Shown in pieces: positions 28,294 to 39,443 of a stretch of 64,000 nt of DNA; within the stretch, counting starts at the first letter, position 1; every line of letters starts with the position of its first letter. The notes under the pieces are model-generated. The model was not told the DNA's origin, ran no database searches, and saw only the letters and a list, made by a program, of their open reading frames with translations. The position numbers were made by a program, and so were the translations under genes. The stretch comes from Squalus acanthias (lineage: Eukaryota): NCBI GenBank assembly GCA_030390025.1, contig CM059432.1, positions 5,146,001 through 5,210,000 of the forward strand, written 5' to 3'.

Positions 28294-28793
28294 GTAATTG
28301 TTTTAATAGGGCATCAAAGGTGGTGGCAAGGGTGTGGTTGAGCAGATCAGCAGCTGCAGAAATGTCATGGTGAATGCAGGGCCAAAGGCTGGACAGTTGG
28401 GATTTTATAAGTGCAGTTGTAAGAGAGTTGGGAAGAGAGTTTTTTTCCAGGGGTGGACACAGAAGGAAGTAGGGTTGGAGGTGGTGGAAAGGGGGTGTGG
28501 GTGGAGAGTGATACGAGGAAGTGGTCAGAGATGGCCTTATCTGCAATTGACACGATGGGAGTAGTGAGGCCACGAGAGATGGCAAGGTCGAGGGGGTGGC
28601 CATGAATATGGGCTGGGGAGTTTACATGGAGGGAGAGATTAAGGGTGGATAGGAGGCTAGTGAACTCGGAAGAGAGCGCACATGATGAATTGAGAAGGAC
28701 ATTGAAATCACCGAGGATGAGAAGTCCGAAATAACAACAGAAAACGCTGGAAAAACTCAGCAGGCCAGGCAGCATCCGTGGAGAGAGAAAGAG

Positions 28794-28830
28794 AGTTGAC
28801 GTTTCAGGTCGATGACCTTTCATCAGAACT
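28794..28830 (-). ncRNA. Minimal hammerhead ribozyme (family B), sense in TRAPPC8 intron 1
   Basis: Exact reverse complement of 29521-29557. Confidence 0.85.
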
Positions 28831-29520
28831 GGGAAGAGCCGGAAATCAAATAGATTTAAGGCCAGGGTAAAGCTGGGAAAAGGGGAGGGGATAAAGGAAC
28901 AAAGGAGGAGATGAAGAGACATTAAGAGACATTAAGAGATATGCAAGGCTAGAGGTGGTGTTAATGTGACAGATTAAGGCTGAATGAAGTGTGAAATCCA
29001 CTGGCAGAATGAAGGACAGCTGCCAGCTTCTAGGAGGAAAAAAAAGGTGGGGGGGGACAAATAAAAGGGTGGATAAAATAAAATATAAATGTGATTGGAG
29101 CTGAGGTTCTATTACACTGTCCTCGGCCTATTACACTGTTCCACGGAAGCTCAGCGTAAGCTCGAGGAACAGCACCTCATCTTTCGTTTAGGCACGCTAC
29201 AGCCCTCTGGACTCAATATCGAGTTCAACAATTTTAGATCATAACCTCAGCTCCAATCACATTTATATTTTATTTTATCCACCCTTTTATTTGTCCCCCC
29301 CCACCTTTTTTTTCCTCCTAGAAGCTGGCAGCTGTCCTTCATTCTGCCAGTGGATTTCACACTTCATTCAGCCTTAATCTGTCACATTAACACCACCTCT
29401 AGCCTTGCATATCTCTTAATGTCTCTTAATGTCTCTTCATCTCCTCCTTTGTTCCTTTATCCCCTCCCCTTTTCCCAGCTTTACCCTGGCCTTAAATCTA
29501 TTTGATTTCCGGCTCTTCCC

Positions 29521-29557
29521 AGTTCTGATGAAAGGTCATCGACCTGAAACGTCAACT
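29521..29557 (+). ncRNA. Minimal type I hammerhead ribozyme (family B)
   Basis: AGTT-CTGATGA-A-AGGTC(ATC)GACCT-GAAA-CGTC-AACT, with GUC cleavage triplet and palindromic ACGT stem III. Confidence 0.85.
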
Positions 29558-30219
29558 CTCTTTCTCTCTCCACGGATGCTGCCTGGCCTGCTGAGTTTTT
29601 CCAGCGTTTTCTGTTGTTATTTCGGATTTCCAGCATCCGCAGTATTTTGCTATCGAGGATGAGAAGTCGTTTGGTGCAGAGGCTGAGAGGGGAAAGCAGT
29701 GAAGATATCTCGGTGATAAAATTTTTATGGTACTTGGGTGGGCGGGAGGGGGGCCGGAAGTATAATACCAATATAAGACAGCAAAAATCAAATATCCTTT
29801 CATGTTATGATTCTCCTAATTCACCAGCAGTGACATACCTGTGAATACCAATAATTGACTCGTTACATAGCTCAAAATGCTCCGTACGTGTTTGGGAGAA
29901 TATAATGCAAAATTTTCAGTTCAGTTGAACATAGTATGAAAATGTACACCCTCATTTGATTTTACTGAAAACATGTGGGCCCAGGTAACTTAAGAGCCTT
30001 GCTGTTTACTAAATCAGCAGTTTTAATTTCGAGCCCAACACATGCGCCTCATTGAACTTCTGTCCAGAACAAGACTTATTCTAATTATCTAAAAAGCGTA
30101 TGACTCGAGTTAAACACATTAAACCGCTTTGTTGTTAACTGGGAAGGATTTCAACATTTTTTAACGTGGGTGGGTAAATGTTCTTTTCAAACTGTCAGTA
30201 GATTGCAAGCCACATATAC

Positions 30220-30770
30220 AGAATTACAGAAATTTACAGCACAGAAGGAGACCATTCGGCCCATCGTGACTGTGCCGGCCGAAAAAAGTGCGTCCAGCCT
30301 AATCCCACTTTCCAGCTCTTGGGCCATAGCACTGTAGGTTACGGCACTTTTAGTGCATTCCAAGTACTTTTTAAATGCGATGAGGGTTTTTGCCTCTACC
30401 AGCCTTTCAGGCAGTGAGTTCCAGACCCCACCATCCTCTGGGTAAAATAAGCTCTCAACTCCCCTCTAATCCTTCTACCAATTACTTTAAATCTATGCCT
30501 CCTGGTTACTGACCTCTCTGCTAAGGGAAATAGGTCCTTCCTATCCACTCTATCTAGGCCCCTCATCATTTTATACACCTCAATCAAGTCTCCCCTCAGC
30601 CTCCTCTGTTCCAAAGAAAACAACCCCAGCCTAGCCAATCTTTCCTCATAGCTAAAATTCTCCAGTCCTCGCAACATCCTGGTAAATCTCCTCTGCACCC
30701 TCTCTAGTGCAATCACATCCTTCCTGCAATGTGGTGACCAGAACTGCACGCAGTATTCTAGCTGTGGCTA
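30220..30770 (-). mobile_element. CR1 LINE 3' fragment
   Basis: QFWSPH...LERVQRRFTRML...RRLRGDLIEVYK. Confidence 0.85.
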
Positions 30771-31315
30771 AACTGGCGTTTTATCCTGGGGCCAATACTT
30801 ATCCCTCAACCAACATCAATAAAAACAGATCATCTGGTCGTGATCATGCTGCTGTTTGTGGGAGCTTGCTGTGCGCAAATTGGCTGCCACATTACAACAG
30901 TGACTAAACTTCAAAAAGTGCTTCATTGGCTGCGAAGCGCTTTGGGAGGTCCGGTGGTCATGAAAGGCGCTATAGAAATGCAAGACTTTCTTTCTTATAT
31001 TCTAACCCCAACCTACCCAATCTTCATTGCATAGGATACACACAGCACAGAAACAGGCCATTCGGCCCAACTAGTCTGTGATATATAGACACAGGGAAAA
31101 GAGAGTGAAATGCAAGTGTTGTTGGTCTGTTTAAGGGGGGGGGGGGGGGAGGAAGAGAAGCCCAGAGCCAGCTGACAGGCCCTGGGTGGAGGCAGGGAAG
31201 GAGGAGAGGCTGAGGCTCCGAGTGAGCTCCGGCCACGGGGGGGAGGGATAATAAAAATCAACACCCAGGCCTAGCTGGGGCCTTCTTCCCTCCCGCCTCT
31301 CCTCTGGGTACAAAC

Positions 31316-31472
31316 CTTCAGACGTCAGGCGGCAGAAAGGCCTGACCAGCTCGGCGAAAGTCAGGTTGTTTTTCCGCGTCGACGTCTCGGCGGCCTCGCT
31401 GCACAGGACGGCCACCATGGGCACGAAGGTGTCCTGGATGAACTCCTGGACGCTCTGCACGCACTGAGCCAT
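31316..31472 (-). CDS. TRAPPC8: TRAPPC8 coding exon 1 (trafficking protein particle complex subunit 8)
   Basis: Encodes MAQCVQSVQEFIQDTFVPMVAVLCSEAAETSTRKNNLTFAELVRPFCRLTSE, matching the TRAPPC8 N-terminus. ATG at 31472 inside a CpG island, 157 nt, phase-1 donor G|GTTTGT. Confidence 0.96.
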
Positions 31473-31479
31473 GCCCGGC

Positions 31480-32400
31480 CCGGCGGTTCGACGATTAGTG
31501 GCGTTGGTGGGTTTCTTTTTTTCTTTCCTCTCTGCTTTTATAATTTCCCGAAGAAACCACGAACAGCGGCGCAGCCCTAAGCCGAGATGAGAGCGAGCGC
31601 CGCCATGTTGGACAACAAGTCCTGCGGCCGGCAGCCCCCGCCCCGCCTCACCTGATGGCGGCGCCGGATGACGCGTCACGTCACGTCGTCTCGTTACGCC
31701 ACGCCCTCCCGCGTAAACTGGCCCGCCCCACTCCCCTCGCGCCTGCGCACTGCCTTCAAAAAAGCAGGCGTCCAACCGCCTCCGACCGACCCTTGTCAAT
31801 CATCCTAAACGGCGTGACGTCATGCCTGGCCACACACCCCGCAGCAGCTCAGCCCCGCCTCCTCACCGCGCGCCTGCGCACTGCCTCCAAAGCGGCATTC
31901 CTGTCAATCACCCTTCTGTTTTTAAGGCTTTATTGTTTATTGTGATCAATGAATGTAATGGTTTGCTATGTAATTGATGAGTTGTATAAGTACTAATGTA
32001 CTTGAATAATAAAAAGATTCAGCCACGTACACCAGCCCCGCCTCCTCGCCGCGCGCACGCGCACTGCCTTCCAAAGCGGGATTCCCGCCGCCGCCGATCC
32101 TTGTCAATCATCCTAAACGGCGTGACGTCAGGCCTGGCCACACACCCCGCAGCAGCTCAGCCCCGCCTCCTCACCGCGCGCCTGCGCACTGCCTCCAAAG
32201 CGGCATTCCTGTCAATCATCCTTCTCCGCCCGGTGACGTCACGTGCGCCCCGCCCTCTTCCCCCCCCCCCGGAGAGCTCCGCGCGCCTGCGCACTGCCTC
32301 CAAAGCCTGGCTCCCATTCCCCACTGTCTCTGCAGATCTTGTCAATCACCCGTCAGGATGCACTGGTTTAGCCCCGGTGACATCAATTACAAAAACCACA
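31480..32400 (-). promoter_or_regulatory. TRAPPC8 CpG-island promoter / 5' UTR
   Basis: CpG-rich region upstream of the ATG. Contains YY1-like (GCCATGTT, GATGGCGGC), CRE (TGACGTCA x3), NRF1-like (GCGCCTGCGCA x4 plus one variant) and PBX/PREP-like (TGATTGACA, read on minus) motifs. Confidence 0.8.
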
Positions 32401-33051
32401 AGTAAACGCGCGTCCCTTTTTGTTAAAGGGGCACAACTGATCGTAGAATGATACAGCGCAGAAGGAGGCCATTTGGCCCGTCATGCCCGTGCCGGCTCTC
32501 TGAAAGAGCTTTCCAATTAGTCCCACACGCCCCCCACCGCCCTTTCTTGACTAGATTAGGCCAATACACTCTGGAGTTTAGAAGAATGAGAGGTGATCTC
32601 GTTGAAACATACAAGATTCTGAGGGGATTGACAGGGTAAATGCTGAGAGGTTGTTTCCCATGGCTGGAGAGTCTAGAACTAGGGGCATAGTCTCAGGATA
32701 AGGGGTCGGCCATTTAAGACTGAGATGAGGAGGAATTTCTTCACTCGGAGAGTTGTCAATTTTTGGAATTCTCTTCCCCAGAGGGCTGTGGATGCTCAGT
32801 CGTTGAGTATATTCAAGGCTGAGATCGATAGATTTTTGGACTCTAGGGAATTGAGGGATATGGGGATCGGGCGGGGAAGTGGAGTTGAGGTCGAAGATCA
32901 GCCATGAACTTATTGAATGGCGGAGCAGGCTCGAGGGGCCGTATGACCGACTCCTGCTCCTAATTCTTATGTTCTTACGTTCTTTCCCCATAGCCCTGCA
33001 CATTTTCACCCTTAAAGTTTTTCTACATTACAACAGTGACAACACTTCAAA

Positions 33052-33158
33052 TGTTCTGACGAAGGGTCATCGACCTGAGACGTTGACTCTGTTTCTCTCT
33101 CCACAGATGCTGCCTGACCTGCTGAGTATTTCCAGCATTTTCTGTTTTTACTTCAAAT
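33052..33158 (+). mobile_element. Family B-related pLTR fragment inserted in a SINE tail
   Basis: GTT-CTGACGA-AGGGTCATCGACCT-GAGA-CGTTGAC followed by CAGATGCTGCCTGACCTGCTGAG, flanked by an ACTTCAAA duplication. Confidence 0.7.
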
Positions 33159-34399
33159 GTAAAGCGCTTTGGGACGTCCTGAGGTCATGAAAGGCTCTAT
33201 AGAAATGCAAGTCTTTCTTTGATTTATCCAATTCCCTTTTGAAAGTTACTATTGAATGTGCTTCCATTACCCGTTCAGGCGCGGCATTTTAGAATATAAC
33301 ACTCGCTGCAGAAAAAAAAATCTTCTCCTCCCCTCTGGTTCTTTTGCCAATCATCAATCTGTCAATCATCATAAACGGTGCTGTCAACCTAGGGAAATGA
33401 GACGTCTAATTTAATAAACACAAAGAGTGAGGCTTGTTGCAACCCCATTAAAACAAGTGCCAGTCTGTGTGTAAAAGAAAGAAAAACTTGCATTTATATA
33501 GCGCCATTCACAACATCAGTACATCCCAAAGTGCTTTACGGCCAATGATGTACTTTTGAAGTGTAGTCACTGGCCAATATTTATCACTCAACCAACATCA
33601 CTAAAAAGATGATCTGGTCATTATCACATTGCTGTTTTTGGGAGCTTGCCGTGCGCATATTTGGCTGCCGCGTTCCCAACATTACAACAGTGACTACACT
33701 TCAAAAAAAAAGTACTTCATTGGCTGTAAAGCACTTTGGGACGTTCAGTGGTTGTGAAAGACGCTATATAAATGCAAGGCTTTCTTTCTTTTCTTCTCCC
33801 ACCCACCACCATCCATGTGGCGCCCTTTTAATGCACTGCCTGAAAGGGCGGTGGAAGTAGATTCAATAATAACTTTCAAAAGGGAATTGGATAAATACTT
33901 GACGGGAAAATAATTGGAGGTCTATGGGGGAAGAACAGGGGAGAATGGCTTCCTCCTGTGCTGTAACATTCTATGATCCATATGGGTAATGCATTATAAA
34001 TAGATGCTCTGCCGCAATCACATGTTCACGTAAATTATGATGTATATCAATAACAACTTACATGTATATAGCGCCTTTAATGTAGAAAAATGCCCCAGAA
34101 CATTTCACAAAGGTGTAATCAGACAAAAACTGGACGCCAAGCCAAAGAAAGAGATATGAGGAGGACTGACCAAAAGCTTGGTCAAACATTGGGTTTTAAG
34201 GGGGAGAGGAAAGTTAAGAGGTGGAGGGAATTAAAAGGAGATAATTCCAGTGTGCTGGGGCCTAGGCAGCTGCAGGCAAAGTTGCCTGTAGTGGGCAAAG
34301 GTAGGGCGGATGCACAAGAGGCCAGAATGGCAGGAACGTAGAGTTGTAGTGCTAGAAGAGGTCACAGAGATGGGAAAGGGCAAGGCCATGAAGCGATCA

Positions 34400-35260
34400 G
34401 GAAGATATCAATGGACTGGTCAGGTAGGCAGAAAAGTGTCAAATGGAATTCAGTCTGGAGAAGTGTGAGGTAACGCATTTGGGGAGGGCTAACAAAGCAA
34501 GGGAATACACTATAAATGGTAGAACACTGAGAAGTGTAGAGGAACAGAGGGACCTTGGTGTGCATGTCCACAGATCCCTGAAGGTAGCAGGACAGGTAGA
34601 TAACGTGGTTAAGAAGGCATACGGGATACTTGCCTTTATTAGCCGAGGCATAGAATATAAGAGCAGGGAGGTTATGCTTGAACTGTATAAAACACTAGTT
34701 AGGCCACAGCTAGAATACTGAGTACAGTTCTGGTCACCACATTACAGGAAAGATGTGATTGCACTAGAGAGGGTACAGAGGAGATTTACGAGGATGTTGC
34801 CTGGGCTGGGGAATTTTAGCTATGAGGAAAGATTGGACAGGCTGGCGTTGTTTTCTTTGGAACAGAGGAGGCTGAGGGGAGACATTATTGAGGTGTATAA
34901 AATTATGAGGGGCCTAGATAGAGTGGATAGGAAGGACATATTTCCCTTAGCAGAGAGGCCAATAACCAGGGGGCATAGATTTAAAGTAATTGGTAAAAGG
35001 ATTAGAGGGGATTTGAGGAGAACGTGTTTCACGCAGAGGGTGGTGGGGGTCTGGAACTCACTGCCTGAAAGGGTGGTGGAGGCAGGAACCCTCATCACAT
35101 TTAAAAAGTACTTGGATATGCACTTGAAGTGCCGTAACCTCCAGGGCCACGGACCAATTGCTGGAAAGTGGGATTGGGCTGGAGAGCTCTTTGTCGGCCG
35201 GCACGGACACAATGGGCTGAATGGCCTCCTTCTGTGCTGTAAATTTCTATGCTTCTATAT
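34400..35260 (+). mobile_element. CR1 LINE 3' fragment
   Basis: ORFs 34443-34721 and 34755+ carry CR1 ORF2 C-terminal motifs; TTCTAT-type tail. Confidence 0.88.
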
Positions 35261-36529
35261 GAGATGTAAGCATGAAGATGGGAATTTTAAATTGAAGGTG
35301 TGGGAGGAACTGGGAGCCAACGTAGGTCAGCAGGGGCAGGAGCGATGGGGTGAGCGGGATTGGGTGAGGGATAGGATACGGGGAGCAGAGGTCTGGATGA
35401 GCTGCAGTTTACAGAGCAGGGAGGATGTGAGGCCGGCCGAGAGAATCTTGGAATAGTCGAGTCTGGCGGTGACAAAGGCAGGGATGAGAGTCTCAGCCGC
35501 AGATGGGCTGAGACAGAGCAAGGTGGAAGTAGATGGTCTTTGCGATTAAGAGGATATGGGGTTGGAGGCTCAGCTCGGGGTCGAGTACAGATTTCACTCT
35601 CCTCTCCTCACGGGAAGGCTTTGACTTGTCGTGGGATACAGGTCTGAAGGCACCCTAGCAGTGCACTGCCTTGCCCCTGCGGTCATTCTTTATGTCGAGC
35701 CGAGACGTTCATTTCCTCGGGGGTTCTCCCAATCAGCCGTCGTAAATATGGCAAATGATCGCCGGCGATGTATCTGGGGGTTCCGCTGATCAGGAGAACT
35801 CCGAAGGAACAGAGCAGAGAAGGTTTAGAGCCTTAGAGCAGAGAAGGCTGAGGGGGACCTGATTGAGGTGTACAAAATTATGAGGGGCATAGATAGGGTA
35901 GATAGAAAGGAACTTTTCCCCTTAGTAGAGGGGTCAATAACCAGGGGGCATAGTTTCAAGGTAAGGGGCAGGAGGTTTAGAGGGGATTTGAGGAAAAACT
36001 TTTTCACCCAGAGGATGGTTGGAATTTGGAACTCACTGCCTGAAAGGGTGATAGAGGCAGGAACCCTCACAACATTCAAGAAGCATTTAGATGAGCACTT
36101 GAAACGCCATAGCATACAAGGCTACGGACCAAGTGCTGGAAAATGGAATTAGAATAGACAGGGCTGGATGGCCGGCGCGGACACGATGGGCCGAAGGGCC
36201 TCTTTCTGTACTGTATGACTCTATGAAATTCCCGAGGTCATTGTCAGCAGGTTGTTTGACTGCGAGGGTAAGAGCTGCCAAAACGAAATCATATGCACCT
36301 GCCAGCAGGGGTCACCGCAGAGCAATTCGGGTGGAGAAAACCAGGTTGGTTGCTGCCCATAGCAGAGACACTGAACCTCATTGTAAAGTCTCCTCTGACC
36401 AAGGGCTTGCGCCTGGGACCCCAAGACCACACCACACACATTGGGGAGGGGAAACTCTTATTATTATATCTTTTAAAAATAAATCATTTGGAAAGGCTCT
36501 TTGCAAACCTCCAAGTACAGTACGTCTTT

Positions 36530-37240
36530 ACAACAACAACTTGCATTTGTACAGCACCTTTATCGTATTAAAACGCCCCTATAGCGCTTCACAGGAGCCG
36601 TTATCAAACAAGATTTGACGCCGAGCCACGAAAGGAGATATTAGGACAGAAGAGGTAGGTTTTAAGGAGCCTCTTAAAGGAGGAAAGAGAGGTAGAGAGG
36701 GAGAGAGGTTTAGGGAGGGAATTCCAGAGCTTAGGGCCCAGGCAGCTGAAGGCACGGCCACCAATGGTGGAGCGATTATAATCAGGGATGGTCAAGAGGG
36801 CAGAATTAGAGGAGCGCAGATATCTCGGGCAGTTGTGGGGCTGGAGGAGATTACAGAGATAGGGAGGGGCGAGGCCATGGAGGGATTTGAAAACAAGGAT
36901 GAGAATTTTGAAATCGAGGCGCTGCTTAACCGGGAGCCAATGTAGGTCAGCGAGCACAAAGGGGTGATGGGCGAACGGGACTTGGTGCGAGTTAGGACAC
37001 GGGCAGCCGAGTTTTGGATCACTTCAAGTTTATGTGTGGTGGAATGTGGGAGGCCGGCCTGGTGTGCGTTGGAATAGTCAAGTCTAGAGGTAACAAAGGC
37101 ATGGATGAGGGTTTCAGCAGCGGATGAGTTGAGGCAGGGGCGGAGTCAGGCGATGTTACGGAGGTGGAAGTAGGCGGTCTTTGTTACGCTGCGGATATGT
37201 GGTCGGAAGCTCATTTCAGGGTCAAATATGACACCAACAT
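36530..37240 (-). mobile_element. L2 LINE 3' fragment (others at ~1125-1490, 48535-49245, 56865-57275)
   Basis: LHWLPVKQRLDFKIL...RYLRS...GGRAFS...PKLWNSLP and a TGCAAGTTGTTG tail. Confidence 0.85.
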
Positions 37241-37373
37241 GATTTGAAAACAAGGATGATAATTTTAAAATAAAAATTTAGATTGCATCATCACGCATTA
37301 CTTGCACGTACTGCATTTATTTCTTTCAATTAACAAGTGTCTACATGTTTGTCTGAAGGACTGAAACTCATGT

Positions 37374-37781
37374 TCACAATGGTAGGGTCCCCTGCTGGCA
37401 GGCTGCACACAGCAGAGTGCAAGACGCTAAGCCACAACTTCCACAAACCAACGAGGTGTGAGATGTCCGACAAATTTGGCATTTACAAGGAAGAAAGTTG
37501 CCAGCCAAGTCATTCTCTTCAACATAAAACTGATGAGCTGGGAGATTACCTTCTTTCATTTTCAGCAACGCATCGTTGCAATTGTTCATTGATTTTGACT
37601 CTAAACCAGGACCTTTCCGCCAATTCAAACCAATGTGGTTTGGTGCAGAATATAGCTCGGAAGCAGCATAACAGGGCAAACCCGAGGCGGTGAGGAGTGA
37701 GGGTATCAGGGGCCTTTCTTCTTCATTCACAGTGCTCACTGAGTTTGATGAAAACGAAAGTGTTGTGTTTGTAAAGTTTTC
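37374..37781 (-). pseudogene. SPATA2-like terminal exon with Cys-rich zinc-finger-like end, probably frameshifted and no longer translated
   Basis: Pyrimidine-rich acceptor TTTCAG| opens a 135-codon frame ending KCQICRTSHTSLVCGSCGLASCTLLC, with Cys spacing like the SPATA2 C-terminal finger. The +1 frame continues CCVQPASRGPYHCEHEFQSF. Confidence 0.55.
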
Positions 37782-39443
37782 CTGAAATGAGTGTGTTGGA
37801 ACATGGGACATGGAGAAGGAAGAGGCAGAGAGGAAAATTAAGGCTAGCTTAGCATTAGCTTACGAGGCAAATGGTGTTTAAATTAGTATTTCCTTACAGC
37901 TAGAATAATTAGTTTCAAGGGGGGGAAATATTGGGTTGCTTTGCGCCTCCCGTTAGCGCCCGGGCCCGGCGCCGCTACCGCCTCCAGTGAAATTCAGCGG
38001 GAGTTTAGCGGCTGTGGTAGCCAGTAGTGCCCCATGGCGCTACACCTCTGGCGATGACATCATCACCATGCGCAGAGCTCCTCGCTCGCGCCCCCTGACC
38101 TACCGCCGGACGCCATGTCCGACAGGGTCAGGGTGCCGTGTTTGCGGCCGCGGCAGCGCTAATTAAAGGGCAGGTGCCGGGCAGCCATTTGTTTTTGGGC
38201 CTCCTGCCAGCACCTGCCCCCTCTCGCCTCCTCTTGCGGGGCGCCGGCCGCGATCGCTCAGCCTGGCGCTCCTCTCGAGTGCTGGGTTGTTTTCCTGGCA
38301 CCCCGCTCCCCGGTGGTCCAGCAGGGCCCTGGTGCGCGCTGCGTTAGTCCCCTCCCCTTTAATCAGGGGAGGGAGGCCTGCAATACCGCGGCGCTATGTG
38401 CCGGCTCGCGTGGCGCTGTTGCACGTAGCGCCGCCATATTGAAAGACATTGTACCTGCACCTTAAAAAACCTTGCTCAAGAAGAGCATTTTGGATAGTTG
38501 CCTGGAATCCAGATTGGACATACAGCTGCAAAATGGTATAATAAGTAAGACTCGCTTGTTCACACAGAAAAGCAGGCCAATTAGGAGTTGGAAGCAGATG
38601 AGATAAGGGCCATGTTAGATGACATGAAGCTTAGTCTTTGGGCTAGGCTGGCTATAATGGAAAACTACTGGAGGGAAGTGGCCACGTTAAGTCAGGTGAC
38701 AGAAGGAATCCAATCAAGGGAAAAGAGGCAGATTGGAATTCAATACTGGCACAGAATGATAGAAAAACAGACATTTTGTGTTTTAAAGTCTAATACAATT
38801 TTAGAATGCATGCTTACATCTATTGCACTCTGTCTGTGAATCTACTCCACTTGTAAATTGCTTTGCACACAGAAGGAAGAAATGAAGGTATTGAACCTGA
38901 AGCAACGACTGTTTTCATTTTTTAAAATTCGTTTATGGGATGTGGGCGTCGCTGGCTAGGCCCAGCATTTATTGCCCATCCCTAATTGCCCTCGAGAAGG
39001 TGGTGGTGAGCCGCCTTCTTGAACCGCTGCAGTCCGTGTGGTGAAGGTGCTCCCACAGTGCTGTTAGGTAGAGAGTTTCAGGATTTTGACCCAGCGACGA
39101 TGAAGGAACGGCCGATATATTTCCAAGTCAGGATGGTGTGTGACTTGGAGGGGAACTTCGAGGTGGTGGTGTTCGCATGTGCCTGCTGCCCTTGTCCTAG
39201 ATGGAAGAGGTCGCGAGTTTGGGAGGTGCTGCCGAAGAAGTCTTGGCGAGTTGCTGCAGTGCATCTTGTAGATGGTACACACTGCAGCCACGGTGCGCTG
39301 GTGGTGGAGGGAGTCAACTACTCAAGTAAAGAGACAGCATGGTGTCTTTACCAACATCATTTACTTCAGAGTGCCTCTTTTTTTATTTGGTTTCCTCAAA
39401 TTAAGTTTGCAAATTCTCTTCCAGGTGCAATCTGTTCAAATTC

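Larger units (their letters stand above)
28727..29653 (+). mobile_element. Penelope-like retroelement family B with 384-bp inverted repeat
   Basis: 29118-29244 encodes VLGLLHCSTEAQRKLEEQHLIFRLGTLQPSGLNIEFNNFRS* (GIY-YIG end). Arms 28725-29108 and 29243-29626. 15-bp TSD CGAGGATGAGAAGTC inside an L2. Confidence 0.88.
26160..29760 (-). mobile_element. L2-clade LINE (endonuclease + RT remnants), interrupted by Penelope B
   Basis: LILGDFN, GHPLDLAI, SDHFLV (APE endonuclease); LLDLSTAFD, GVPQGSILGP, YADDTQLY (RT); LHWLPV...FKIL C-terminus. Confidence 0.9.

Noticed and set aside
31131..31799. 222-aa ORF as a whole protein
   Set aside because: Only 31316-31472 is TRAPPC8; the rest is GC-rich UTR/promoter and intron read-through.
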